A stretch of DNA of 64,000 nucleotides from an uncultured Bacteroidales bacterium (lineage in GTDB: Bacteria; Bacteroidota; Bacteroidia; Bacteroidales; UBA12077), in NCBI GenBank assembly GCA_964450375.1, contig CAYVEW010000001.1, positions 9,512 through 73,511 of the forward strand. Reading direction: 5' to 3'. The translations under genes and the position numbers were made by a program. The notes beneath the pieces were generated by a model, which saw only the letters and a list, made by a program, of their open reading frames with translations, was not told the origin of the DNA and searched no databases. Positions 48,664-57,014 of this stretch are shown piece by piece (the stretch's first letter is position 1; every line of letters starts with the position of its first letter).

Positions 48664-50529
48664 CTATTTCATCTTTTTCATTTTCTTTGGTTTAATCATA
48701 TTTTCCGGAGCCAGAATTTCATCCAGTTCTTCTTGCGATAATAGATTCCTTTCAATAACCAAATCGTAAACACTCCGGTCGTTTTTCAAGGCTTCCTTTG
48801 CTAACGACGAACAAGTTTCGTAGCCCAAAACAGGATTTAAAGCTGTAACAATTCCAATGCTGTTTAGCACTAAACTTCGGCATCTTTCTTCATTTGCTGT
48901 AACTCCGTCAATGCACTTCACTTTAAGGGTTTTCATTCCGTTAATTAACATCTCGATCGATTCGAATATACTCTGCACAATAACAGGCTCCATTACATTT
49001 AATTCCAATTGTCCGGCTTCAGCGGCCATCGTCACTGTTAAATCATTACCAATCACTTTAAATGCAATTTGATTAACAACTTCAGGAATAACCGGATTTA
49101 CTTTCCCTGGCATGATTGATGAACCCGGTTGCATTGGGGGTAAATTTATTTCGTTGAAGCCTGTGCGGGGGCCCGACGATAACAATCTTAAATCATTTGA
49201 TATTTTAGATAGTTTAACGGATAAACGTTTTAATGCCGAAGAATACATTACAAAAGCACCAGTATCTTGCGTGGCTTCAACCAGATTTTTGGCATTGACT
49301 ACTTTTAATCCTGATATTTTTTGAAGATGCTTTACCACTTTATCGGCATATTCGGGCTCTGAATTTATGCCAGTTCCAATGGCTGTGGCTCCCATATTAA
49401 TTTCCAGAAATAAGTTCGCATTTTGTTGTAAGCGTTCAATTTCTTCTTCCAAAGTAACCGCATATGCTTCAAACGATTGGCCCAATGTCATTGGCACGGC
49501 ATCTTGCAATTGCGTACGCCCCATTTTAATTACATGAGCAAACTCTTTTGCCTTTGTATAAAATGATTCTATAAGCTCTTGTAAAGTTTTCACCAGTTTC
49601 GCATTGCTTTTAACAATAGCAATTTTAACCGATGTTGGATAAGCATCATTGGTTGATTGCGACAAATTAACATGATTATTTGGATGACAAAACTCGTATT
49701 GTCCCCTTTCGTATCCCATTATCTCCAGCGCACGGTTTGCTATCACTTCGTTTGCATTCATATTAGTCGAAGTTCCTGCTCCACCCTGAATCATATCTAC
49801 AATAAAATGGTTATGGTATTTCCCGTTAATAATTTCGTTACATGCTCTTATAATTGCATTGCTTACCGAACCATCCAATAAATCCAAATCGTAATTTGCC
49901 TGAGCAGCAGCTAACTTTACCATAGCCAAAGACTGTATGATAATCGGGAAAAAATTTAATGTAACACCGCTTATATTAAAATTTTCAATTGCACGTAAGG
50001 TTTGTACTCCGTATAGATATTCGGTTGGGACATCCCTGTCGCCAAGAAGATCATGCTCTTTTCTTGTCCTTCCCGATTCATATTGTGCTGCAACATTTAC
50101 CATGCGATTATTAGCATGACGCATTCTGCGTGAAATTACCCTGGCTATGTTACTGAAAATTTTTACGGCAGCAGGTCCATTCTCATCAAAATACTTTCTG
50201 CTAATGGTAAAAACAAGCGTATCAACCAAAGCCCTTGCAGAAGTAGAGTGCGGCGAATCATCCGCCCACGATCCTTCGCCCAGGAAATCGCCTTTACTGA
50301 AATAAGACAAGCGGGTTTCGGAACCAAAATGAATTGTTTTAAATAATTCAACTTCCCCTTTATAGATAATGAATATATCTTTTCGCGGGCCATTTTCTTC
50401 AAAAAGCAGCTCTTCTTTTTTATATTCTTTTTCGATAATATATTCGGAAAGCACTTCCAGTTCATCATCCGACAAACCTTTAAAAAGTTCTATTTCCTTT
50501 ATAAATTCATTAACAGCTTTGTTATTCAT
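48664..50529 (-). CDS. aspA: Aspartate ammonia-lyase with an N-terminal cyclic-nucleotide-binding-like (CAP effector) domain
   Basis: 621 aa. The first ~140 aa look like a cNMP-binding beta-barrel ('LFKGLSDDELEVLSEY...IFIIYKGEVELFK...GDFLGEG...ARALVDTLVFTISRKYF'). The rest is class II fumarate-lyase fold: 'TNMNANEVIANRA', 'SQSTNDAYPT' and 'GSSIMPGKVNPVIPEVVNQ', the last being aspartase-type. Confidence 0.85.
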   Translation of the reverse strand: MNNKAVNEFIKEIELFKGLSDDELEVLSEYIIEKEYKKEELLFEENGPRKDIFIIYKGEVELFKTIHFGSETRLSYFSKGDFLGEGSWADDSPHSTSARALVDTLVFTISRKYFDENGPAAVKIFSNIARVISRRMRHANNRMVNVAAQYESGRTRKEHDLLGDRDVPTEYLYGVQTLRAIENFNISGVTLNFFPIIIQSLAMVKLAAAQANYDLDLLDGSVSNAIIRACNEIINGKYHNHFIVDMIQGGAGTSTNMNANEVIANRALEIMGYERGQYEFCHPNNHVNLSQSTNDAYPTSVKIAIVKSNAKLVKTLQELIESFYTKAKEFAHVIKMGRTQLQDAVPMTLGQSFEAYAVTLEEEIERLQQNANLFLEINMGATAIGTGINSEPEYADKVVKHLQKISGLKVVNAKNLVEATQDTGAFVMYSSALKRLSVKLSKISNDLRLLSSGPRTGFNEINLPPMQPGSSIMPGKVNPVIPEVVNQIAFKVIGNDLTVTMAAEAGQLELNVMEPVIVQSIFESIEMLINGMKTLKVKCIDGVTANEERCRSLVLNSIGIVTALNPVLGYETCSSLAKEALKNDRSVYDLVIERNLLSQEELDEILAPENMIKPKKMKKMK

Positions 50530-50610
50530 TGCAGATATTTTATAGGATTATGTTACAAAGTTAACAACAAAATAGAATGCATAAAGTTTCTGATTAAAAT
50601 AAATCGTACT

Positions 50611-50643
50611 AAAAAAGAAAGAGCTGCTCATTACAAGCAGCCC
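50611..50643 (-). terminator. Rho-independent terminator downstream of the trypsin-fold gene
   Basis: GCTGCT (50623-50628) / AGCAGC (50636-50641), extendable, with a 7-nt loop. Minus-strand tail TCTTTCTTTTTT. Confidence 0.75.
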
Positions 50644-50674
50644 CCTCTAACCTAAACCATCTTACATTAAGGAA

Positions 50675-51508
50675 CTATGTGCCAACCCGAAGTTTCAGGG
50701 AAGTATTGGAAACTTCGGCATCGACAAACTCTTCGAAAAGATCTTGCACGTATGAAATATCTAAAGCATATCCACTGCTCATAGTGGCTGTTTTATATAT
50801 TTCGTTTGTTATATGTTTAATTTGATTTTGATTGGCAATAAGCACTTGAATCGGGTCAATTTCTTCAACATTAAATTTACCTTGTGATTTTTTCAGAATA
50901 GCTAAATTATTGTTGATAATTTGTTTCATACGCTTGTGCGACTGAGTAATGGTAGCTAACTTATGTCCAATAATACCAATTACTTCGCTGGTTTCAGCAT
51001 CGATAAGCGGACTACCTGAATTACCCTGCTTTAAACTTGAATCAACCTGATAATGTTTAAAACCATCTGTTTCAATCATAGATGATACAATGCCGGTTTT
51101 AATCGATAAATTGTCCATTTCCAACTGATATCCTAATACTGCAATTGGCTGGCCCATGGAAACTTTTTTACCAATATTAAAGTTAAGCGATGGTATTTTA
51201 CTAAACTCATCAAAATCGATATTGATAACAGCAAAAGGTAAATTAGCGCCTTCATAATTACCAAAAATTCTTTTGCGAAAATCTTTCATAGGTAATTTAA
51301 TGCTGGCTCTTTCGGTATATCCATCGGATTCCACAAAACGCAGCATTACTTTAGATGCATTTTTTACCTTGTAAAGGTAATCGTCGGTAATTAAGAAATG
51401 TTCGTTAGCCTTAAAACCTGTCATAGACAGAACCTTAATTCCAGCAGATGTGTAAAAGCTGATTTGACATACGGAGTGTTGACAATTATTCCAAACTTTT
51501 CTATACAT
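50675..51508 (-). CDS. Trypsin/chymotrypsin-fold protein, no signal peptide, helical C-terminal extension
   Basis: 277 aa. 'VDSSLKQGNSGSPLIDAETSEVIGII' is a classic S1 serine motif, and 'PIAVLGY' matches the strand before it. The N-terminus has no hydrophobic leader. The C-terminal ~90 aa lie outside the protease fold. Confidence 0.7.
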   Translation of the reverse strand: MYRKVWNNCQHSVCQISFYTSAGIKVLSMTGFKANEHFLITDDYLYKVKNASKVMLRFVESDGYTERASIKLPMKDFRKRIFGNYEGANLPFAVINIDFDEFSKIPSLNFNIGKKVSMGQPIAVLGYQLEMDNLSIKTGIVSSMIETDGFKHYQVDSSLKQGNSGSPLIDAETSEVIGIIGHKLATITQSHKRMKQIINNNLAILKKSQGKFNVEEIDPIQVLIANQNQIKHITNEIYKTATMSSGYALDISYVQDLFEEFVDAEVSNTSLKLRVGT

Positions 51509-51534
51509 ATTGATAGTTTATAGGTTATATTGGG

Positions 51535-51822
51535 TTAATAAATCTTCACATTTTGAAAAATTCCTTTTTCATATAACTTAAGCATCATTCGGCCTGCCAA
51601 CTCCCACTCGTCGGTTATAATATCCATATCTTTTGAGATTTTCGCAGGATTAACCGAAACATCTTTATCATCGATAATAATCTCCAATCTGTAATCGCTA
51701 TTCTGATTTGTGGACCAATGATTTACAATGCCATCAGGTGTTGAATAAATCTTTTGAAACAGAACAAGGTTTATTGCTTCGTTTTTGTTTTTTACCTCAA
51801 CACTGATGTTCACTAAATTCAT
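51535..51822 (-). CDS. Hypothetical 95-aa protein, no recognisable family
   Basis: ORF lying 26 nt upstream of the trypsin-fold gene on the same strand. It looks soluble and acidic. Confidence 0.5.
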   Translation of the reverse strand: MNLVNISVEVKNKNEAINLVLFQKIYSTPDGIVNHWSTNQNSDYRLEIIIDDKDVSVNPAKISKDMDIITDEWELAGRMMLKLYEKGIFQNVKIY

Positions 51823-51856
51823 AATCTTAGATAATTAAAATGCAAACTTGATATTC

Positions 51857-51988
51857 TTATATTAAGTAAAACTTAATTAAAGAATAAATAAACATAAAAG
51901 TAACAGCTGAAAAAAGAATTAAAACTCCGAAATCTAATTTGGGCTCTGCAATAATTCTTTCTCTAACGATATTATAAATTTTCTTCAT
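51857..51988 (-). CDS. Possible 43-aa single-pass membrane peptide
   Basis: Own translation, below the ORF-track size cutoff: MKKIYNIVRERIIAEPKLDFGVLILFSAVTFMFIYSLIKFYLI. It has a basic N-terminus followed by one hydrophobic helix. It ends 34 nt upstream of the 95-aa ORF on the same strand. Confidence 0.25.
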   Translation of the reverse strand: MKKIYNIVRERIIAEPKLDFGVLILFSAVTFMFIYSLIKFYLI

Positions 51989-52297
51989 CCTTTTTATACT
52001 TTTAGGTGAAGCTAAAGTAGATATTTTAGGTTTAGCATTTTTAACGACTTTTTTAACGTAGTACTTTTATAAATTATCGCTAGTTTTTCATAAATTAACG
52101 TTTTTGTTCTAAGTTTGAGTAAAATTTTAAGGTTGTTCATTTTCGAACAGTGTATGTTTCATAATCGTTCACCTTACGAATAAAAAAACAAGTACATCAA
52201 TAAGCTAACACGCTAATTAATTGACCATTGCCACCTTTGGCATAATATGTGAAAATAGAAATAACGAATTTATGTTGAATACTAAATAAATTTTAAA

Positions 52298-53725
52298 ATG
52301 AAATCTAAAATAATAACATTAACCATAATTATAATTACAACTCTGTTAAATGCTTCTGTTGCACAACAAGAGTGGACTTTAGAAGATTGTATAGATTATG
52401 CATTGGAAAATAACATATCAGTAAAGAGACAAGAGTTAGCGGCAACTACAGCTGATAAAAATCATTTCCAGTCGTATATGGAGTTATTACCTAACTTAAA
52501 CATAAACGGACAGCATTATTATAATGCCGGTAAAGCCATTAACTATGAAACTTATGAATATACCGACCAGAATTTCCAGGGAGGTAGCATTAATCTTAAT
52601 TCGGAGATTACACTTTTTAGCGGCTTGCAGAATTTCAACAGTATTAAAAAATCAAAATATGATTTAATGGCGCAACTAGAAAGTGTTGAAAAAATTAAAA
52701 ACGATATTACACTGAATATTGCCACAGCTTATTTGCAAATACTATTGAACATTGAGCTAAGAGATAATGCCGAACAACAATTAAACATTAGCTTAGACCA
52801 AATCGAAAAAACAAAGAAATTAGTTGAAATAGGTAATGCAGCGAAGGGAGACTTATTACAAATTGAAGCACAGGCTGCAATGGAAAAAGCTTCTTTAACA
52901 AATGCCGATAACAATTTAAAAATTTCGTACCTAACACTTTCGCAATTACTTAATCTGGATTCGTCTGAAGATTTTCAAATATCTATTCCATCTATTACAG
53001 ATATTACTTTAGCAAAAGAACCTGGAAGTGTTAATGCAATATTTGATGAAGCTACAAACATATTACCTGAAATTAAAAGCGCAGAATACAATCTTGAAAG
53101 CTCTCGCAAAAACGTTGCAATTTCGAAAGGAACTTTAAGCCCAACTTTATCTCTTGGTTATCAATATGGATCAAGATATAACGAATTGTCGAACAAACTG
53201 GATAGTATGACCATGGGCATTTCGTCTTATCCAACGGGTGTAACTGCTGGCGGGCAAGATATTTTCAATTATACATCACAATCTTATTATGCATCATCTT
53301 ATCCTTATATGGATCAAATTAGCGATAATGCAAGTCATACTGTTTATTTAAACTTAAGAATACCTATTTTCAATAAATGGAGAAATAAGAACAGAATTGA
53401 ACAGGCTAAAATTAACTTATCAGACTCCAGATTGAATCTTGATTTACAAAAACAGAATCTGTATAAAAGTATTCAACAGGCAAAAACACAGGCCACCGGA
53501 GCAATGGAAAGGTATAAAGCGAATTTAGAAGCTGTTCAATCAATGGAAGAAGCATTCAGATATACAGAACAAAAATACGAAGTTGGATTGGTAGATATAC
53601 TGGAATATAAAACGGCTAAGAATAACTTAAACAAAACAAAATCTGATTTATCGCAAGCAAAATACGAATATATCTTTAGAACAAAAATATTAGAGTTTTA
53701 TAAAGGAGAGCAAATAACACTATAA
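52298..53725 (+). CDS. TolC-family outer membrane efflux protein
   Basis: 475 aa with a signal peptide (ASVAQQ). 'WTLEDCIDYALENNISVK' start and two coiled-coil/beta repeats typical of the OEP family. Confidence 0.88.
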   Translation: MKSKIITLTIIIITTLLNASVAQQEWTLEDCIDYALENNISVKRQELAATTADKNHFQSYMELLPNLNINGQHYYNAGKAINYETYEYTDQNFQGGSINLNSEITLFSGLQNFNSIKKSKYDLMAQLESVEKIKNDITLNIATAYLQILLNIELRDNAEQQLNISLDQIEKTKKLVEIGNAAKGDLLQIEAQAAMEKASLTNADNNLKISYLTLSQLLNLDSSEDFQISIPSITDITLAKEPGSVNAIFDEATNILPEIKSAEYNLESSRKNVAISKGTLSPTLSLGYQYGSRYNELSNKLDSMTMGISSYPTGVTAGGQDIFNYTSQSYYASSYPYMDQISDNASHTVYLNLRIPIFNKWRNKNRIEQAKINLSDSRLNLDLQKQNLYKSIQQAKTQATGAMERYKANLEAVQSMEEAFRYTEQKYEVGLVDILEYKTAKNNLNKTKSDLSQAKYEYIFRTKILEFYKGEQITL

Positions 53726-53828
53726 GAAATCATTTTCATGGTAAAATTTTTAGGGTTAGTTAAATTTATTCACGATTAATTATAGTTTAGGATTAATAGT
53801 TGGTTTTCAAAAATGTTTGCTTTTCTTC

Positions 53829-53854
53829 ATGCCCGGGTTTGTTAATCCGGGCAT
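53829..53854 (+). terminator. GC-rich hairpin downstream of the TolC-family gene (weak terminator candidate)
   Basis: ATGCCCGG (53829-53836) / CCGGGCAT (53847-53854). There is no U-run after the stem. Confidence 0.35.
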
Positions 53855-53861
53855 TATTGCA

Positions 53862-53885
53862 TAAAAAAGGAGCCTTTAGCTCCTT
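53862..53885 (-). terminator. Rho-independent terminator downstream of the GNAT gene
   Basis: AAGGAGC (53867-53873) / GCTCCTT (53879-53885). Minus-strand tail TTTTTAT. Confidence 0.65.
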
Positions 53886-53894
53886 CAATACTAT

Positions 53895-54395
53895 TTAAAT
53901 AACTTTCTCCAAACATTTAAAAGGTTCTTTTTGTTTCGGATATAAAATATCACCGGTATGATCGTACCCGATGCTTTTATAAAGTTTTATTAAATGCTCA
54001 CTGGAGCTGGCAACATCTAACCGAATTGATTTGTAATTATTGTCCTTAGCATAAACTTCGGCAAATTCAACTAATTTTCTACCTACGCCTTTCTTTTGCC
54101 ACGATGGAAATACTGCAATCCGGTGAATTACCAGAAATTTGTCATTCTTATTTTTCCATTCCACCTGGTCGAATACTTCTTCCTGTTGCTCATCAAAAGT
54201 AATTGTACCCACACAAACTCCTTTTGTTTTCATCATATACAAAGCTCCTTTTTCCACTTCTTTTAATAATCTGAAATAATCAGGATACGAAGTATTCCAT
54301 TGATAAACGCTGTTTTCATTAAAATCTCTGATACAGTGTTCCAGGAGATACATTACTTCCAGTATATTGTTTGATGTGGCCTTTTCTATTTGCAT
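53895..54395 (-). CDS. GNAT-family N-acetyltransferase
   Basis: 166 aa. 'IAVFPSWQKKGVGRKLVEFAE' is the acetyl-CoA-binding motif A (Q/RxxGxG/A). Confidence 0.85.
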   Translation of the reverse strand: MQIEKATSNNILEVMYLLEHCIRDFNENSVYQWNTSYPDYFRLLKEVEKGALYMMKTKGVCVGTITFDEQQEEVFDQVEWKNKNDKFLVIHRIAVFPSWQKKGVGRKLVEFAEVYAKDNNYKSIRLDVASSSEHLIKLYKSIGYDHTGDILYPKQKEPFKCLEKVI

Positions 54396-54574
54396 GGCAT
54401 ATGGAGAAATAAGTTATTTCAATGATAAACAAATTTAATCAAATATTTATTTTTGAACTTTAAAAATAATTATAAAACTTTATGCAACATAATTATATTC
54501 GTAATATTTTAAAATTTATCTTGTAATATAACGTTTATTTTATGTTACTTAGCCAAATTTATTAATGTAAATAA

Positions 54575-55984
54575 ATGAATCATTTTATAAAAATATTTTC
54601 TATTGCACTAATTACAAGTTTCTTTTTCTCTTGCGAAAAAGAATCGTTTAATACTTCTGAAAAAGCATTTTTACAGTTCTCGCAAGATACCATTTTGTTT
54701 GATACAATATTCTCAACAGTTGGTTCAGCAACAAAACGATTTACGGTTAAAAACCCATATAAAGAAAATATAAAGATATCTTCCATTTCTTTGGCAGGAT
54801 CATCAAACTCCCCTTTTCGATTAAATATTGACGGATACTCTGGGAATCAACTGGATGATATCGAACTGAAAGCTAAAGATAGTTTGTTTATTTTCGTAGA
54901 AATCACAATAGATCCAACCGGGTCAAATCTTCCGATGGTGGTTCAGGATTCGATTATTTTTTCTTTTAACTCAAAACAACAGGATATCGATTTAATTGCA
55001 TTTGGACAAGATGTTCACAAATTAAATAAAGCAATTATTGGAACTGAAACTTTTACAAATGACAAACCTTATTTAATTTATGATTATTTGTTTGTTGATA
55101 CGAATAGCGTTTTAACCATTGAACCGGGAGCAAGATTGCACTTTCACAGAAACTCAAGAATGTATGTTGCAGGTACCGTTGTTGCAAATGGAACTTATGA
55201 GATGCCAATCATTTTTGAAGGAGACCGTCTGGAAAATATTTATGATGATATTCCGGGCCAATGGGATGGAATTTGGTTAATGCCTGGTAGTAAAGACAAC
55301 GTTTTCAATTTTTCCGAGATAAAAAATGCCATTATTGGAATACAGGTAGACACTCTGGCAAATTTAACCAAACCAACTCTGGAGATTAATAACAGTAAGA
55401 TTCAAAATATGACTGCTGCCGGAATTTATGCGCAAGGAACAACCATTAAAGCATATAATAATGTAATTTCGAATTGCGGACAATTTGCTCTGGCATTAAC
55501 CATTGGTGGCTCTTATGAATTCTATCACTGTACAATAGCGAATTACTGGGGATTTTCAACGCGCACAAGTCCATCGATCGTTTTAAATAACTATTATGTT
55601 GATATTTATAACAACATTCAGGAGCGTCCGTTAAACAAAGCGACTTTCGGAAATTGTATCCTATATGGCAATAAAGAAAATGAGATTTTTTTGGATGATA
55701 TCGGCTCAGCAGATTTTAACTATATGTTCGATCATTGTTTAATAAAAGTAGATAGCGATTTTTCCACTTCAGATACGGAATCATTTCAAAATATCATAAC
55801 AAACAAAGATCCTAAGTTTAAAGATCCATATAACCATCTTTTTGAATTAGATACATTATCCATTGCTAAAGATAAAGGTAAAACCGAGTTTGGTTTAATG
55901 TATCCTTTAGACATCAATTTAAACAACAGAAACTCGGATTCCGGACCAGACCTGGGTGCTTATGAAAGAATTGAAGAAAACTAA
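54575..55984 (+). CDS. Lipoprotein with probable right-handed beta-helix domain, unknown function
   Basis: 469 aa with a lipobox (FFFSC). The N-terminal region looks Ig-like. The middle region has periodic G/N-rich turns ('NNSKIQNMTAAGIYAQGTTIKAYNNVISNCGQFAL'). Confidence 0.55.
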   Translation: MNHFIKIFSIALITSFFFSCEKESFNTSEKAFLQFSQDTILFDTIFSTVGSATKRFTVKNPYKENIKISSISLAGSSNSPFRLNIDGYSGNQLDDIELKAKDSLFIFVEITIDPTGSNLPMVVQDSIIFSFNSKQQDIDLIAFGQDVHKLNKAIIGTETFTNDKPYLIYDYLFVDTNSVLTIEPGARLHFHRNSRMYVAGTVVANGTYEMPIIFEGDRLENIYDDIPGQWDGIWLMPGSKDNVFNFSEIKNAIIGIQVDTLANLTKPTLEINNSKIQNMTAAGIYAQGTTIKAYNNVISNCGQFALALTIGGSYEFYHCTIANYWGFSTRTSPSIVLNNYYVDIYNNIQERPLNKATFGNCILYGNKENEIFLDDIGSADFNYMFDHCLIKVDSDFSTSDTESFQNIITNKDPKFKDPYNHLFELDTLSIAKDKGKTEFGLMYPLDINLNNRNSDSGPDLGAYERIEEN

Positions 55985-55985
55985 C

Positions 55986-57014
55986 ATGCGGGCTTTATTC
56001 ATTATTCTACTTGTATCTGGAAGTTTATTACCCTGCTTTTCGCAAGTAAATTCCGATTACAAAGTCATGTTTTATAATGTTGAGAACCTATTCGACACCT
56101 ATAATGATTCGCTTACCAACGACGAAGAATTTTTGCCGGAAGGCGATCGCTTTTGGAACAATTATAAGTACTACACGAAACTAAATCAGGTATATAAGGT
56201 AATTATTGCCATTGGAGAATGGAATCCGCCGGCTATCATCGGACTATGTGAAATTGAAAACCGAAAAGTACTGAATGATCTGGTAAATAATACACCGCTT
56301 GTAAAGTTTAATTATAAAATTATTCACAAAGAATCTCCCGACTGGCGTGGGATTGATGTAGGATTACTTTATCGAAAAGAACTATTTAAACCATTAATTC
56401 AGGATTTTATACCGATTAACTTTCCAGATAACCCCAACAGCAAAACAAGAGATATTTTATACGTTCAAGGAATTGCAAACGAAACAGATACTTTGCATGT
56501 ATTTGTTAACCACTGGCCTTCGCGTTGGGGTGGGCAACTGGAATCGGAAGAACGAAGAATGTTTGTGGCATCTGTACTAAAATCAAAAACTGATTCTATT
56601 TTTAAATCGAACAGTAACTCAAACATTATTATTACCGGCGATTTTAATGATTATCCGGAAAATAAAAGCTTAAAAGAAGTTTTAAATGGCGAATTAGAGT
56701 TTGATCAAATATCTTCTAATAAATTGTACAATATATCGCATCAATTGGCCAAAACATCTAACATAGGCTCGCATAAATATCAAGGCGAATGGGGTATTTT
56801 AGATCAGTTTATTATTTCCGGTAATTTATTATCCATAGAGAATAAAATCTACACTCAGTTAACAGATGTTCATATTTTTAATGCAGACTTTCTATTAGAA
56901 CCAGACGAAAGTTATTTTGGTTATATGCCCTTTCGCACATTTATTGGTTATAAATACAATGCAGGGTTTAGCGATCATTTACCTACTTACCTGATACTTC
57001 GTTTTCGAGATTAA
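55986..57014 (+). CDS. Secreted endonuclease/exonuclease/phosphatase (EEP) family protein
   Basis: The start was moved to the ATG at 55986 (MRALFIILLVSGSLLPCFSQ signal peptide), 1 nt after the upstream stop. 'FYNVENLFD', 'IIGLCEIEN', 'VNHWPSRWGG', 'IITGDFND' and 'SDHLP' are EEP catalytic motifs. Confidence 0.8.
   Translation: MRALFIILLVSGSLLPCFSQVNSDYKVMFYNVENLFDTYNDSLTNDEEFLPEGDRFWNNYKYYTKLNQVYKVIIAIGEWNPPAIIGLCEIENRKVLNDLVNNTPLVKFNYKIIHKESPDWRGIDVGLLYRKELFKPLIQDFIPINFPDNPNSKTRDILYVQGIANETDTLHVFVNHWPSRWGGQLESEERRMFVASVLKSKTDSIFKSNSNSNIIITGDFNDYPENKSLKEVLNGELEFDQISSNKLYNISHQLAKTSNIGSHKYQGEWGILDQFIISGNLLSIENKIYTQLTDVHIFNADFLLEPDESYFGYMPFRTFIGYKYNAGFSDHLPTYLILRFRD

Noticed and set aside
50163-50468. 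101-aa same-strand alternative-frame ORF inside the aspA fusion
   Set aside because: It overlaps the cNMP-like domain region in a different frame and has a basic, low-complexity sequence. There is no evidence for frameshifting such as a slippery site or a break in the main frame.
55956-55985. Upstream extension of the EEP gene (MLMKELKKTN...)
   Set aside because: It overlaps the preceding gene by 29 nt. The ATG at 55986 yields a proper signal peptide directly after the upstream stop.
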